A stretch of 64,000 nucleotides of DNA from Patescibacteria group bacterium (GCA_024238995.1 JANBVL010000001.1:10059-74058); one strand, 5' to 3'; shown: positions 44,245-54,258, counted from the stretch's first letter. The notes: generated by a model not told the origin, from the sequence alone. Numbers and translations: made by a program.

Positions 44245-47172
44245 ATGGACCTATCATTACTCAACAATTTAAATCAACAGCAGAAACAAGCGGTTACTCA
44301 TGACAAAGGACCGCTTTTAATTGTAGCAGGAGCTGGTACAGGTAAAACCACAGTTATTACAAAAAGAATCGCTTATTTAATTGAGCAGGAAAAAGCTAAA
44401 CCAGAAGAAATTTTAGCAGTTACTTTTACTGATAAAGCGGCTGGTGAAATGGAAGAAAGAGTAGACAGACTATTGCCTTATGGATATATAGATTTATGGA
44501 TATCAACTTTCCATTCTTTTTGTGAAAGGGTTTTAAGAGACCATGCCTTAGACATTGGTTTGCCAACTGATTTTAAATTAATAGACCCTACAACAGCTTG
44601 GACGCTGATTAGTCAAAACTTAGAAAAGTTTAGCCTTAATTATTATCGTCCTTTGGGAAATCAAACCAAGTTTATTCATGCTTTAATAAATCATTTTTCC
44701 CGCTGTAAGGACCAGGGTGTTTACCCTCAAGATTATTTAAAGTATGTAGATAGTTTAAAAACTAATCTTACTGATTTGAAAGAGTCTCAGGAAACAGAAA
44801 GATTAAAAGAAGTGGCTGGAGCTTATCACGTTTATCAGAGATTGCTTTTAGAGAACAGTTCTTTGGATTTCGGCGACTTAATTAATTATTGCTTAAAGCT
44901 GTTTCAAGACAGACCGATTGTTTTAGATAAATTCAGAAAAAAGTTTAAATATATTTTAGTTGATGAGTTCCAAGATACCAACTGGGCGCAGTATGAATTG
45001 GTTAAATTATTATCCTTACCCGATAATAATCTTACAGTTTGTGCTGATGATGACCAGGCGATTTACAGGTGGAGAGGCGCTTCTTTCAACAACATTATTC
45101 AATTTAAAAAAAGCTTTCCAAAAACCAAAGAAGTCTTTTTGATTGAAAATTACCGTTCAGTTCAAAGCATATTAGACTTATCTTATAAATTTATTAAGAC
45201 CAATGACCCAAATCGTTTGGAATATGTCAGTAAAATAAACAAGAAATTAAAAGCTACTAAAACAGGTGAAGGAATTATAGAGCATTTGCACTTTAAAGAT
45301 TTATATGAAGAAGCAGGAGGCGTGATTAATAAAATAGCTGAAATATCTAAGGATAATAAAGAAACTTCCTTTAGTGATTTTGCAATTTTAGTTAGAGCGA
45401 ATAACTATGCCAACACTTTTACCAGAGCCCTAGAAAGAGCTAACTTTCCTTATCAATTTTTAGCTTCCAGAGGATTGTATTCTAAGCCAATTATTTTAGA
45501 CATAATTTCTTATTTTAAACTTTTAGACAATTATCATGAGAACTCTGCTTTATACAGGATTCTCAATTTCCCTTTTTTCAATATTTCAGTTCAAGATATT
45601 GCAAAGATTAATCAATATGCCAGACGTAAAACAAAATCTTTATACGAAGCTTTAAATGAACTTCAACTCATATTCGGCATTTCTCCTTCAGCTGGGCAGG
45701 CAATGAATTTAGTTTTAAGCCTGATTCAAAAACATACTGAAACAGCAAAGAACAAGAATGTTTCAGAAGTTTTAATTTCATTTTTAAAAGATTCGGGTTA
45801 TTTAAAGTATTTATCAAATAAGGAAAGCAGACAAGAATTAGATTTAGTTAATCAATTCTATCAAAAGATAAAAAACTTTGAAGAAGCTAATATAGACGCT
45901 TCTCTTAAAAACTTTATGGAAAGTTTAAATATGGAGCTTGAGTCGGGTGAAGAAGGCAAACTCAACTTTGATCCAGAGCAAGGTCCAGATATGGTTCGCG
46001 TCATGACTATTCATTCGGCCAAGGGCTTGGAATTTAAATATGTCTTTTTAGTTAATCTAGTTGATAGAAGATTTCCTACTTCAGAGCGGAAAGAGCCGAT
46101 TGAAATGCCAGAAAATTTGGTTAAAGAAATTATTCCAGAAGGTGATATTCATTTAGAAGAAGAAAGACGGCTTTGTTATGTAGCAATGACCAGAGCTAAA
46201 GAAAAGCTGTTTTTAACTTCTGCTGATAATTATGGCGGAATTAGAAAGAAAAAACCCTCCAGATTTTTAATGGAAATGGAGTTTGTTAAAAAAGGCGACG
46301 AATTGGCTGTAAAAGCTGTGAACACAGTTGCTGCGAGAAAACAGAAGAAAAAAATAATTGCTCCTTTAAATTTACCTTCTCATCTTTCATTTTCACAGTT
46401 TGCAGCTTTTGGAAAATGCCCTTTACAATATAAATTTGCTCATGTGTTAAAGATTCCAATACAGGGTAGGGCAGTGTTTTCTTTTGGTAAAACAATGCAT
46501 AATACTTTATATGATTTTGTAAAACTAATAGACAGAAGGAAAAATACTGTTCAATCTAATTTATTTGCATCAGATAAACAGGCAAAACAAGAAACAGAAA
46601 AAAAGGGGTTAAATCTGCCTGATTTAGTTGAGTTATATAAAAAGAACTGGATTGATGATTGGTATGAATCAAAAAACCAGAAACAAGAGTATTACAAATT
46701 GGGTCAAAAAATAGTTAAAGCTTTTTATGAAAAATTTATTCAAGAACAACCTAAGGTTTTCAAAATTAATGGAGATCCAGCTTTAGAAGTACCGTTTAAA
46801 TTTAAAATAGCTGGCAATACTTTAAAAGGCAAAATAGACAGAATAGATGAAATTAAAGAAGGAATTGAAATAATAGATTATAAAACAGGGCGATACAAAG
46901 AAAAATTATCTTCAGAAGATAAACAACAGCTTTTAATTTATCAGATGGCGGCTGAACAGTCTTTAGGATTGAAACCCGTTAAGCTTAGTTATTATTATTT
47001 AGAAGAAGGTAAAAAAACTTCATTTTTAGGAAGCGACCAGGAAAAAGAAAAACAAAAACAGGAGATAGTGGCTATGGCTGAAAAAATAAAGAATAGTAGT
47101 TTTAATGCAATTCCAGGCTGGCAGTGTAAATACTGTGATTTCAGAGATATTTGTAATTATGCTCAGAAGTAA
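44245..47172 (+). CDS. UvrD/PcrA-type SF1 helicase fused to C-terminal PD-(D/E)XK (Cas4/AddB-like, Cys-cluster) nuclease
   Basis: AGAGTGKTT, VDEFQDTN, YRS, TIHSAKGLEF and VAMTRAK. The C-terminus carries C...(CPLQYKF), IDRID..IIDYKTG, LLIYQMAA and CKYCDFRDIC. Confidence 0.85.
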   Translation: MDLSLLNNLNQQQKQAVTHDKGPLLIVAGAGTGKTTVITKRIAYLIEQEKAKPEEILAVTFTDKAAGEMEERVDRLLPYGYIDLWISTFHSFCERVLRDHALDIGLPTDFKLIDPTTAWTLISQNLEKFSLNYYRPLGNQTKFIHALINHFSRCKDQGVYPQDYLKYVDSLKTNLTDLKESQETERLKEVAGAYHVYQRLLLENSSLDFGDLINYCLKLFQDRPIVLDKFRKKFKYILVDEFQDTNWAQYELVKLLSLPDNNLTVCADDDQAIYRWRGASFNNIIQFKKSFPKTKEVFLIENYRSVQSILDLSYKFIKTNDPNRLEYVSKINKKLKATKTGEGIIEHLHFKDLYEEAGGVINKIAEISKDNKETSFSDFAILVRANNYANTFTRALERANFPYQFLASRGLYSKPIILDIISYFKLLDNYHENSALYRILNFPFFNISVQDIAKINQYARRKTKSLYEALNELQLIFGISPSAGQAMNLVLSLIQKHTETAKNKNVSEVLISFLKDSGYLKYLSNKESRQELDLVNQFYQKIKNFEEANIDASLKNFMESLNMELESGEEGKLNFDPEQGPDMVRVMTIHSAKGLEFKYVFLVNLVDRRFPTSERKEPIEMPENLVKEIIPEGDIHLEEERRLCYVAMTRAKEKLFLTSADNYGGIRKKKPSRFLMEMEFVKKGDELAVKAVNTVAARKQKKKIIAPLNLPSHLSFSQFAAFGKCPLQYKFAHVLKIPIQGRAVFSFGKTMHNTLYDFVKLIDRRKNTVQSNLFASDKQAKQETEKKGLNLPDLVELYKKNWIDDWYESKNQKQEYYKLGQKIVKAFYEKFIQEQPKVFKINGDPALEVPFKFKIAGNTLKGKIDRIDEIKEGIEIIDYKTGRYKEKLSSEDKQQLLIYQMAAEQSLGLKPVKLSYYYLEEGKKTSFLGSDQEKEKQKQEIVAMAEKIKNSSFNAIPGWQCKYCDFRDICNYAQK

Positions 47173-47178
47173 AAAATT

Positions 47179-47211
47179 AAAATCGCTCTTTAAGCGATTT
47201 TTTGGTAGAAT
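47179..47211 (+). promoter_or_regulatory. terminator hairpin fused to extended -10 (TGgTAGAAT)
   Basis: aaaatcgct-cttta-agcgattttttGGTAGAAT. Confidence 0.5.
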
Positions 47212-47253
47212 GGAGAAAGTCGAGATGGTTAAAAAAATAATTACTCAATCAAA

Positions 47254-48087
47254 ATGGAACATATAAATATAAATCCACCAAATACGAGCAGGATTCCAAG
47301 AATGCCAGAGATAAATCTGGATAAAATTATGTCAAAGATAATTATTGTACTAGTTGCGCTTATAGTTATTTTTGGTACTTTTGGCACCATAGGGGCTGGC
47401 GAGCGAGGAATACTTTTACAGTTTGGAGCAGTCCAGGATAAAATTTTTAATGAAGGGCTTTATGTTAAAATTCCTATGATCCAAAAAGTAGTGAAAATAG
47501 ATGTGAAAATCAAAAAAGACGAAGTTCCTGTTAGTGCAGCTTCCAAAGATTTACAGACAGTAACTTCTAGAATCGCTTTGAATTATCATCTAGCCCCAGA
47601 ATCAGTAAATAGAATTTGGCAGGAAGTAGGAAAGGATTACAATACCAAAATTATAGCTCCTACTATTCAAGAGGTGGTAAAAGCTATCACAGCAAAATTT
47701 ACCGCTGAAGAACTTATTACTAAAAGAGAAGAAGTAAAAGAACAAATAAAAAGCAGTCTTTTTGAAAGATTATCAGAACGATTTATTGTTGTTGATGAAT
47801 TTAATATTATTGACTTTGAGTTTTCAAGTGCCTTTAATGATGCCATTGAAGCCAAAGTTACTGCTGAACAATTAAAACTTAAAGCTGACAGAGATTTAGA
47901 AAGAATAAAAATTGAAGCTGATCAGAAGATAGCAGAAGCTCAAGGAAAAGCAGAGGCTATTAGAATTGAGGCCCGAGCATTAATGCAAAATCCTAAAGTG
48001 GTAGAGCTGCGCTGGATAGAAAAGTGGGATGGAAAAGTTCCAACTTATTGGGGAGGGGCGAGCCCGTTTATTGGAATAAATCAATAA
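47254..48087 (+). CDS. SPFH/band-7 (prohibitin-like) membrane protein
   Basis: N-terminal TM, PHB domain (GERGILLQFGAV..., ...IAPTIQEVVKAITAKFTAEELITKREEV) and coiled-coil tail. 277 aa. Confidence 0.85.
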   Translation: MEHININPPNTSRIPRMPEINLDKIMSKIIIVLVALIVIFGTFGTIGAGERGILLQFGAVQDKIFNEGLYVKIPMIQKVVKIDVKIKKDEVPVSAASKDLQTVTSRIALNYHLAPESVNRIWQEVGKDYNTKIIAPTIQEVVKAITAKFTAEELITKREEVKEQIKSSLFERLSERFIVVDEFNIIDFEFSSAFNDAIEAKVTAEQLKLKADRDLERIKIEADQKIAEAQGKAEAIRIEARALMQNPKVVELRWIEKWDGKVPTYWGGASPFIGINQ

Positions 48088-48099
48088 TCATGAAAAACT

Positions 48100-48129
48100 A
48101 AAACCCCGTAAAAATTTTACGGGGTTTTA
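48100..48129. terminator. bidirectional terminator between convergent genes
   Basis: Palindrome aaaaccccgtaaaa/ttttacggggtttt. Confidence 0.75.
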
Positions 48130-48142
48130 AATTCATTCTAGT

Positions 48143-48334
48143 TTATCGTCTGAAGTCCCTTCTTGGGGGCCTTCTTTTTGCATGACAGTCTCTGCAGTAA
48201 ATTGGTCTGTCTTCTGATGGTTCAAAAGGAAGTTCTTTTATTTCCTTTGCACAATCAGCACATTTCCAATCTCCCTGAAACATTTGTCTGTCACCAAAAT
48301 CTCTTTTTGGACGATCTTTAAAATCATTAAACAT
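48143..48334 (-). CDS. CxxC-x17-CxxC zinc-ribbon small protein
   Basis: MFNDFKDRPKRDFGDRQMFQGDWKCADCAKEIKELPFEPSEDRPIYCRDCHAKRRPPRRDFRR. Confidence 0.6.
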   Translation of the reverse strand: MFNDFKDRPKRDFGDRQMFQGDWKCADCAKEIKELPFEPSEDRPIYCRDCHAKRRPPRRDFRR

Positions 48335-48547
48335 GTATATTAAGATCACGATTTAAGCTTCAATTGAAACTTATCCGAAACGTTTAAAATTTATAATGAA
48401 ACGACCTTTCGATTGTTAAGTCGCTCTATCTAAATCCTAAATATTTCGACTTATAATCTAATAACAAGATAATAAGATATTGCTTTAAAAATGTCAATAG
48501 CTTACAGGTTGATTTTTTGGTAGAATGACATATATTTTGAAGTGCTT

Positions 48548-49765
48548 ATGAACGCTGAAAACAAACACAAACCACTTGCTGATAGAGTGAGGCCAGAGTC
48601 TTTGGCTGGTTTTTTTGGCCAGGAAGAAATTATTGGCAAAGGCAAGCTGTTAAGGCAGGCTATTAATTCTGATAAATTACCTTCAATGATTTTTTGGGGT
48701 CCGCCAGGAAGTGGCAAAACCACTTTAGCATTCATTATTGCCAAACAAACCAAATCAGAATTTAAACAAATAAGCGCAGTTTCAAGCGGATTAAAAGATC
48801 TACGTGAAATTATAAAACAGGCAGATTATAATCAAAGTTTGGGTAAAAAAACAATACTTTTTATAGATGAGATTCATCGTTGGAATAAAATACAACAGGA
48901 TGCACTTCTTCCTTGTGTTGAAAAAGGAATAATTACGCTCATTGGAGCAACAACAGAAAATCCTAGTTTTGAAGTTAGGGGAGCACTGTTATCACGCTGC
49001 AGGGTTTTTGTCTTAAAACAATTAACTAAAGACGAAATCTTAAAAATTATTAACAAAGCTTTGAAAGACAAAGAAAAAGGCCTTGGCCAGCTGGGTCTGA
49101 AAATGAATAAAAAGATAGCTAATGCCATAGCACAGATGAGCAATGGTGATGCCAGAACAGCCCTTAATGTAATTGAATACGTAGCATCTGTGTCAGGTAA
49201 AAAGCAAATTACTTTAGACATTGTAAAAGAGGCTTTTCAAAAATCACATTTGTTTTATGACAAGGATGGTGAAGAGCACTACAATATAATCTCAGCTTTG
49301 CACAAATCAATGAGGGGTTCTGATGTTAATGCTTCTTTGTATTGGCTAGTAAGAATGTTAGAAGCAGGAGAAGATCCTTTATATATTGCCAGAAGAATTG
49401 TTCGTTTCGCATCAGAAGATATTGGATTGGCTAATTCACGTGCATTAGAGCAGGCAGTAGCTGCTTACAGAGCATGCCATTTTATTGGTATGCCTGAATG
49501 CAATGTTAATTTAGCTCAGGCAGTAGTCTATATGGCAAAATGCAAGAAATCTAATGCTTTGTATAAAGCATATAATAATGCTGCAGAAGATGTTAAAAAA
49601 TATGGTAATTTACCAGTGCCTTTGCATATCCGCAATGCTCCAACTCAATTAATGAAAGATTTAGAATATGGGAAAGACTATAAATATAGTCCTGACCACA
49701 ACTATAAAGAAGAGCAGGACTATTTGCCTGAAAAGTTAAAAAGAAGAAGATATTTAGACATTTAA
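48548..49765 (+). CDS. rarA: replication-associated recombination protein A (MgsA/RarA AAA+ ATPase)
   Basis: PLADRVRPESL, WGPPGSGKTTLA, LFIDEIHRWNK, GATTENP and the C-terminal MgsA domain (HYNIISALHKSMRGSD). Confidence 0.9.
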   Translation: MNAENKHKPLADRVRPESLAGFFGQEEIIGKGKLLRQAINSDKLPSMIFWGPPGSGKTTLAFIIAKQTKSEFKQISAVSSGLKDLREIIKQADYNQSLGKKTILFIDEIHRWNKIQQDALLPCVEKGIITLIGATTENPSFEVRGALLSRCRVFVLKQLTKDEILKIINKALKDKEKGLGQLGLKMNKKIANAIAQMSNGDARTALNVIEYVASVSGKKQITLDIVKEAFQKSHLFYDKDGEEHYNIISALHKSMRGSDVNASLYWLVRMLEAGEDPLYIARRIVRFASEDIGLANSRALEQAVAAYRACHFIGMPECNVNLAQAVVYMAKCKKSNALYKAYNNAAEDVKKYGNLPVPLHIRNAPTQLMKDLEYGKDYKYSPDHNYKEEQDYLPEKLKRRRYLDI

Positions 49766-49844
49766 TTAGTGAAGTTAACTTCACTAGACATAAGGATTTA
49801 ATTATATATATTATAAAAATGAATTAAGTAATTGATTGAATAAT

Positions 49845-50534
49845 ATGCACCACATACAAAAGCTCATTCTTAGAAATTTACTTTTTAAAGAAGGGGCGCG
49901 TTTTTCAGAATTAAATACCAAAAATGTTTCTAATGATCATTTTACTTTTCATGTTAAAAAACTAATGGGAAAAAGATTTGTTGAAAAGAATCAGAATGGT
50001 TTTTACGATTTAACTGCTTCTGGCAAAGAATATGCTAATCGATTAAATACAGACATTGAGAATATTGAAATAGAAAAACAGGCAAAAACAGGTGTACTGG
50101 TGGTTTGTGTAGATGATTCTGGAGATAAAAGAAAGTATTTATTTCAACAAAGATTAAAACATCCTTATTATGGATTCCATGGATTTGTAACAGGAAAGAT
50201 TCAATGGGGAGAAACTATTTATGAAGCAGGTGCTCGAGAATTAGAAGAAGAAACAGGATTGTCAGCTAAGTTAGAGCTAGCTGGAATAGAGCATAAAATA
50301 GATTATTCTCAAAATGGAGATCTTTTAGAAGACAAATATTTCTATATCATGAAAACAAACAACTTAACAGGGGGATTAGTAGAGAATTTTGAAGGAGGCA
50401 GAAATGTATGGATGAGGAAAGAACAATTAAAAAAAATCTCTGAAGTGTTTCAAGATGTGCCAAAAATAATAGAAGTTATTGATGGAAAAGAGTTTGTTTT
50501 TTTTGAAAAAAAATACAAAGTAGCAAGATATTAA
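49845..50534 (+). CDS. NUDIX hydrolase with N-terminal winged-helix domain
   Basis: NUDIX box GKIQWGETIYEAGARELEEETGL. ATG 49845 is preferred over TTG 49836. Confidence 0.8.
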   Translation: MHHIQKLILRNLLFKEGARFSELNTKNVSNDHFTFHVKKLMGKRFVEKNQNGFYDLTASGKEYANRLNTDIENIEIEKQAKTGVLVVCVDDSGDKRKYLFQQRLKHPYYGFHGFVTGKIQWGETIYEAGARELEEETGLSAKLELAGIEHKIDYSQNGDLLEDKYFYIMKTNNLTGGLVENFEGGRNVWMRKEQLKKISEVFQDVPKIIEVIDGKEFVFFEKKYKVARY

Positions 50535-50552
50535 AACTTATGAAGAATTAAA

Positions 50553-50583
50553 AATCGTCTGCAAGGCGATTTTTTAGTAGGAT
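50553..50583 (+). promoter_or_regulatory. terminator hairpin fused to -10 (TAgTAGGAT)
   Basis: aaatcgtc-tgcaa-ggcgattttttAGTAGGAT. Confidence 0.45.
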
Positions 50584-50658
50584 AAATAAATAATTTGCAC
50601 AAAATTTTAAAAATTTATATCATAGAACTATTATCAATAATCCATTGTTTTTAGCTTT

Positions 50659-51735
50659 ATGAAACTATTAGAATATCAAGGAAAAGAAATCTTCAAGCAA
50701 TATGGAATTGCAGTTCCCAAAGCAAAGCTCATTGACAAACACACACCAGAACTTTGTTTCAAAACCCCTTTTATTTTAAAGTCCCAGGTTCCAGCAGGGG
50801 ATAGAAAAAAGAAAGGGGGAATTTTATTTGTAAAAAGTGAAAAAGAATTTCTTTCAAAAAAAGATCAATTGTTTAAAAAATCAATTAATGGATTTCTTCC
50901 AAAAGAACTGCTGGCAGAAGAAATAATTCCTTACAAAAAAGAACTTTATGTGAGCTTTAGTTATGATACTCAAACAAGAAAACCTGTTCTTTCTATTTCT
51001 AAAACAGGAGGCACTGGTATTAAAAAAGCAAACATATTTCCAATTGAGCTTTCTTTTGGTTTGTCAGATTTTTATTTAAGAGACATTATTTTTCAATCTA
51101 AGATTGGCTCTAGTTCAGAATTAAAAAAAATAATTAAATCTCTTTGGCAAATCTTTGAAAAAGAAAAAGCTTTATTAGTAGAGATTAATCCTTTGTTTCA
51201 GCTTAAAGATAATAGCTTCATAGCAGGAGATGCAAAAGTAATATTAGATGATCATGTAGTTAATCCTAAAAAAAGACCTTTTTTAGAATTGCCAGGTGAT
51301 ATTGCTATTATAGCTTCTGGAGGAGGAGCATCTATGATTAATCTTGATGCTTTATTAAAGTGCGGTGGAAATCCTGCTAATTATGTTGAATATTCTGGAA
51401 ATCCTCCTGCTTCACTAGTAGAAGAATTAACGATCAAAATCTTATCAAAACCGCGGCTGAAAGGATGCTGGACAGTGGGAGGAACAGCTAATTTCACTGA
51501 TATTTATGAAACTATGCTTGGCTTTGTTCAAGGTTTAAAAAAAATAAAACCAAAACCAGCTTATCCTATCGTTGTAAGAAGAGATGGTCCAAGAAGAGAA
51601 GAAGCTTTTGAAATGTTAAAGGATGTTGCTAAGAAAGATGGATATGATTTTCATTTATTTGGCCCTGAAATACCAATGTCAGAAACAGCTAAAATATTAG
51701 TTAATTTAATTAAAAAAAATGAGCATTCTAGTTGA
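50659..51735 (+). CDS. succinyl-CoA-synthetase beta-like ATP-grasp subunit (SucC / citryl-CoA synthetase CcsA-like)
   Basis: MKLLEYQGKEIFKQYGI, LLVEINPL, AGDAKVILDD and GDIAIIASGGGASM...GGNPANYVEYSG. Confidence 0.75.
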   Translation: MKLLEYQGKEIFKQYGIAVPKAKLIDKHTPELCFKTPFILKSQVPAGDRKKKGGILFVKSEKEFLSKKDQLFKKSINGFLPKELLAEEIIPYKKELYVSFSYDTQTRKPVLSISKTGGTGIKKANIFPIELSFGLSDFYLRDIIFQSKIGSSSELKKIIKSLWQIFEKEKALLVEINPLFQLKDNSFIAGDAKVILDDHVVNPKKRPFLELPGDIAIIASGGGASMINLDALLKCGGNPANYVEYSGNPPASLVEELTIKILSKPRLKGCWTVGGTANFTDIYETMLGFVQGLKKIKPKPAYPIVVRRDGPRREEAFEMLKDVAKKDGYDFHLFGPEIPMSETAKILVNLIKKNEHSS

Positions 51736-52618
51736 TAAAAATACAAAAGTATTAGTTCAAGGAATTACAGGAAAAGAAGGCTCTCGAGCAACTAAAGAAA
51801 TGCTTTCTTACGGCACTAAAGTATTAGCTGGAGTAACGCCTGGCAAGGGCGGTATGGAGGCAGAAGGAGTTAAGGTTTTTGACACAGTCAGAGAAGCACT
51901 AGCAAAGCATCCTGACATAAATACTGCTTTGATTGTAGTGCCAGCACCATTTGTTTTAGATGCTGCGTTAGAAGCTATCTTCAACAAGATTCCTTTGATT
52001 AACATATTAACAGAAAAGGTTCCTGTTTTTTCAGTTGCCAAGATGATACAGTCAGTTAAAGAACACGATGTAAGAATTGTTGGACCAAGCTCTATCGGCA
52101 TTATTTCTCCTAAAAAAGGCAAGGTAGGAAGTATTGGCAGTTCTGGTATAGCTGACAGAGTTTTTAGTCCTGGTCCTGTTGGGATCATTTCAAAAAGCGG
52201 CGGTATGACAGCTGAAATTTCCCGTATTCTGACTGATGCTGGATTAGGGCAGAGCACTGTTGTAGGAATTGGAGGGGATTTGTTTGTAGGATCTGATTTT
52301 TTAGATATTGCTTTAGAATTTGAAAAAGATAAACAAACAAAAGCATTGGTTATTTTTGGAGAGGTTGGGGGAGTGTATGAAGAAAAATTAGCTAACGCTA
52401 TGGAACAAGGTATCATTACCAAACCAATAATAGCTTTAATTGCTGGTCAGTTTTCAAAAAACCTGCCTCAAGATACTGTTTTGGGCCATGCTGGAGCTAT
52501 TGTAAGTGAAGGCAAGGGTTCTGCAGATTCAAAAATTAAACATCTTAAAAAAGCAGGAGGCTTAGTTGCCCGTACTCCAGAAGAAATACCAGTATTAATT
52601 AAAAAAATATTAAAATAA
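51719..52618 (+). CDS. succinyl-CoA-synthetase alpha-like subunit (SucD / CcsB-like)
   Basis: MSILVDKNTKVLVQGITGKEG, GVTPGKGG, SKSGGMT and the phospho-His loop LGHAGAIVSEGKGSA. Confidence 0.8.
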   Translation: MSILVDKNTKVLVQGITGKEGSRATKEMLSYGTKVLAGVTPGKGGMEAEGVKVFDTVREALAKHPDINTALIVVPAPFVLDAALEAIFNKIPLINILTEKVPVFSVAKMIQSVKEHDVRIVGPSSIGIISPKKGKVGSIGSSGIADRVFSPGPVGIISKSGGMTAEISRILTDAGLGQSTVVGIGGDLFVGSDFLDIALEFEKDKQTKALVIFGEVGGVYEEKLANAMEQGIITKPIIALIAGQFSKNLPQDTVLGHAGAIVSEGKGSADSKIKHLKKAGGLVARTPEEIPVLIKKILK

Positions 52619-52619
52619 T

Positions 52620-53327
52620 ATGAAGTTTAGAACTAAAATCAGTCAAACAAAAGATGGCAAACACTTAATCAGAGGCCATGAGTTAGTTGAACTTATTAAG
52701 AATCATTCCTTTTCTGAAATGATATTTCTATTAGTAAGAGGAGATTTGCCAAAAGAGAATGAAAAACAATTATTAGAAAGTATTTTAGTGGCTGCAGTTG
52801 AAAATGGAATTTCACCTCCTTCAATCTTTATACCAAGAATCGTGGCTTCAACTGGCAACTCCTTTAATACGGCTTTAGCTTCTGGTGTTTTGGCTATAGG
52901 AGAAAAACATGGAGGAGCTGTTGAAAAAGCAGCTCAAGTATTTGGTTCTGGTAAATCAGCAGAAGATATTGTTAGAGATTTTCAAGAGAGAAAAAAGTTT
53001 ATTCCAGGATTTGGACATAAGGTTTTTAAACGAGAAGATCCAAGAGCCAGAGCAATCTTTGAAAAGGCAAAAGCACTAGAACTTTCCTCTCCTTATTTTG
53101 AGTTAGCTTATAATATTGAGAGAAAAATAGAGGAGAATAAAGGTAAAAAAATTCCTTTAAATATTGATGGAGCTATGGCAGCTGGAATGCTGCAGCTTGG
53201 TTTTAATTGGAAATCTGGAAAAGCATTTTTTATTATTTCCCGGCTTGTTGGTATGACAGCCCATGTCTTAGAAGAATTTGAGCAAGGAAACAGATATTAC
53301 CGTTTAGAAAAGGAAGATATTGAATAA
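52620..53327 (+). CDS. citrate-synthase-fold small protein, citryl-CoA-lyase-like (Ccl / ACLY C-terminal module)
   Basis: 235 aa with GEKHGGA, IPGFGHKVFKREDPRA and NIDGAMAA. Starts 2 nt after the sucD-like stop. Confidence 0.65.
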   Translation: MKFRTKISQTKDGKHLIRGHELVELIKNHSFSEMIFLLVRGDLPKENEKQLLESILVAAVENGISPPSIFIPRIVASTGNSFNTALASGVLAIGEKHGGAVEKAAQVFGSGKSAEDIVRDFQERKKFIPGFGHKVFKREDPRARAIFEKAKALELSSPYFELAYNIERKIEENKGKKIPLNIDGAMAAGMLQLGFNWKSGKAFFIISRLVGMTAHVLEEFEQGNRYYRLEKEDIE

Positions 53328-53377
53328 ATATTATTTCTTTTAAAGAAGCAAAATGCTACCATAAAAATGAGGATATT

Positions 53378-54193
53378 ATGAACTTTAAGAATATTATTAT
53401 CTTAATTGTTATTATCGTAGCTGGATTTTTTATTTATGAGCAGATGTTTAATTCACCTGAAGTTGTTTTTGATCCTTTAAATGCAAGTTATACTATTGAA
53501 GGCACTTCATACACATTAATAGATGGAAAATCAGAACAAGAGATTACGCCTGGTTCAGCAACAAAGATTAAAACAACTGCATGGGGTAAGCCTGCCATTG
53601 GTGATTTAAATAATGATGGTTTTGATGATGCTGCTTTTCTTTTGGTTCATGAACCAGGAGGCAGTGGCACATTTTTTTATGTTGCAGCTGCTTTGAAAGA
53701 TTCTCAAACAGAACAGGCAATTGGTGCAAATGCAGTTCTTTTAGGAGACAGAGTTGCACCACAAAACATTTCTGTTTATGAAGGAAAGGTTGAGCTTAAC
53801 TATGCTGATAGATATCCATGGGAACCATTTTCTGCACAACCATCAGTTGGAAAAACAAAAGTTTTAATAGTTGAAAATAATGAACTTAAAGAAATTTCTA
53901 GACCTATTTTATCACAAGAAACTGCCCACAATTTAATTATCCAAACCTGGGGAGATTGTACTGAAGATATTTGTGAAGAATTAAAGATTAGTGTATTAGA
54001 TGGAAAAGATGGTGTTTGGTTTGTACAAGCTATTTATGAAGGTCTAAGAGATGATTCTGTCAGGGTTAGAAAGAAAATTGCTCAGGCTCATTATGCGGAT
54101 GAGAGTTGGGAATTAGGAGCAGTTATTGTTGATGAGTATAAGTGCCAGCCGAATCGTGGTCACCAAGACTTTTCTGACGAGCTTTGTTTTTAA
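53378..54193 (+). CDS. hypothetical exported/anchored protein with FG-GAP/VCBS-like Ca-binding motif
   Basis: N-terminal TM (IIILIVIIVAGFFIY) and GDLNNDGFDDAAF. Confidence 0.55.
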   Translation: MNFKNIIILIVIIVAGFFIYEQMFNSPEVVFDPLNASYTIEGTSYTLIDGKSEQEITPGSATKIKTTAWGKPAIGDLNNDGFDDAAFLLVHEPGGSGTFFYVAAALKDSQTEQAIGANAVLLGDRVAPQNISVYEGKVELNYADRYPWEPFSAQPSVGKTKVLIVENNELKEISRPILSQETAHNLIIQTWGDCTEDICEELKISVLDGKDGVWFVQAIYEGLRDDSVRVRKKIAQAHYADESWELGAVIVDEYKCQPNRGHQDFSDELCF

Positions 54194-54211
54194 ATAAATT
54201 TATTAAAATCA

Positions 54212-54241
54212 AAAGAGGCATTTTTCAAGAGCCTCTTTTTG
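54212..54241 (+). terminator. rho-independent terminator
   Basis: aaagaggc-atttttcaaga-gcctcttt followed by tt. Confidence 0.65.
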
Positions 54242-54258
54242 ACTTGTATAATCTGTTC

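Noticed and set aside
51808-52422. 204-aa antisense ORF inside the sucD-like gene. Similar long shadow ORFs occur at 30120-30608 (inside recR), 26711-27178, 35534-35983, 42814-43269, 18482-18832 and 10959-11282.
   Set aside because: Each lies opposite a gene with strong family motifs. They have low-complexity or hydrophobic compositions typical of antisense frames in AT-rich DNA, and no independent signals.
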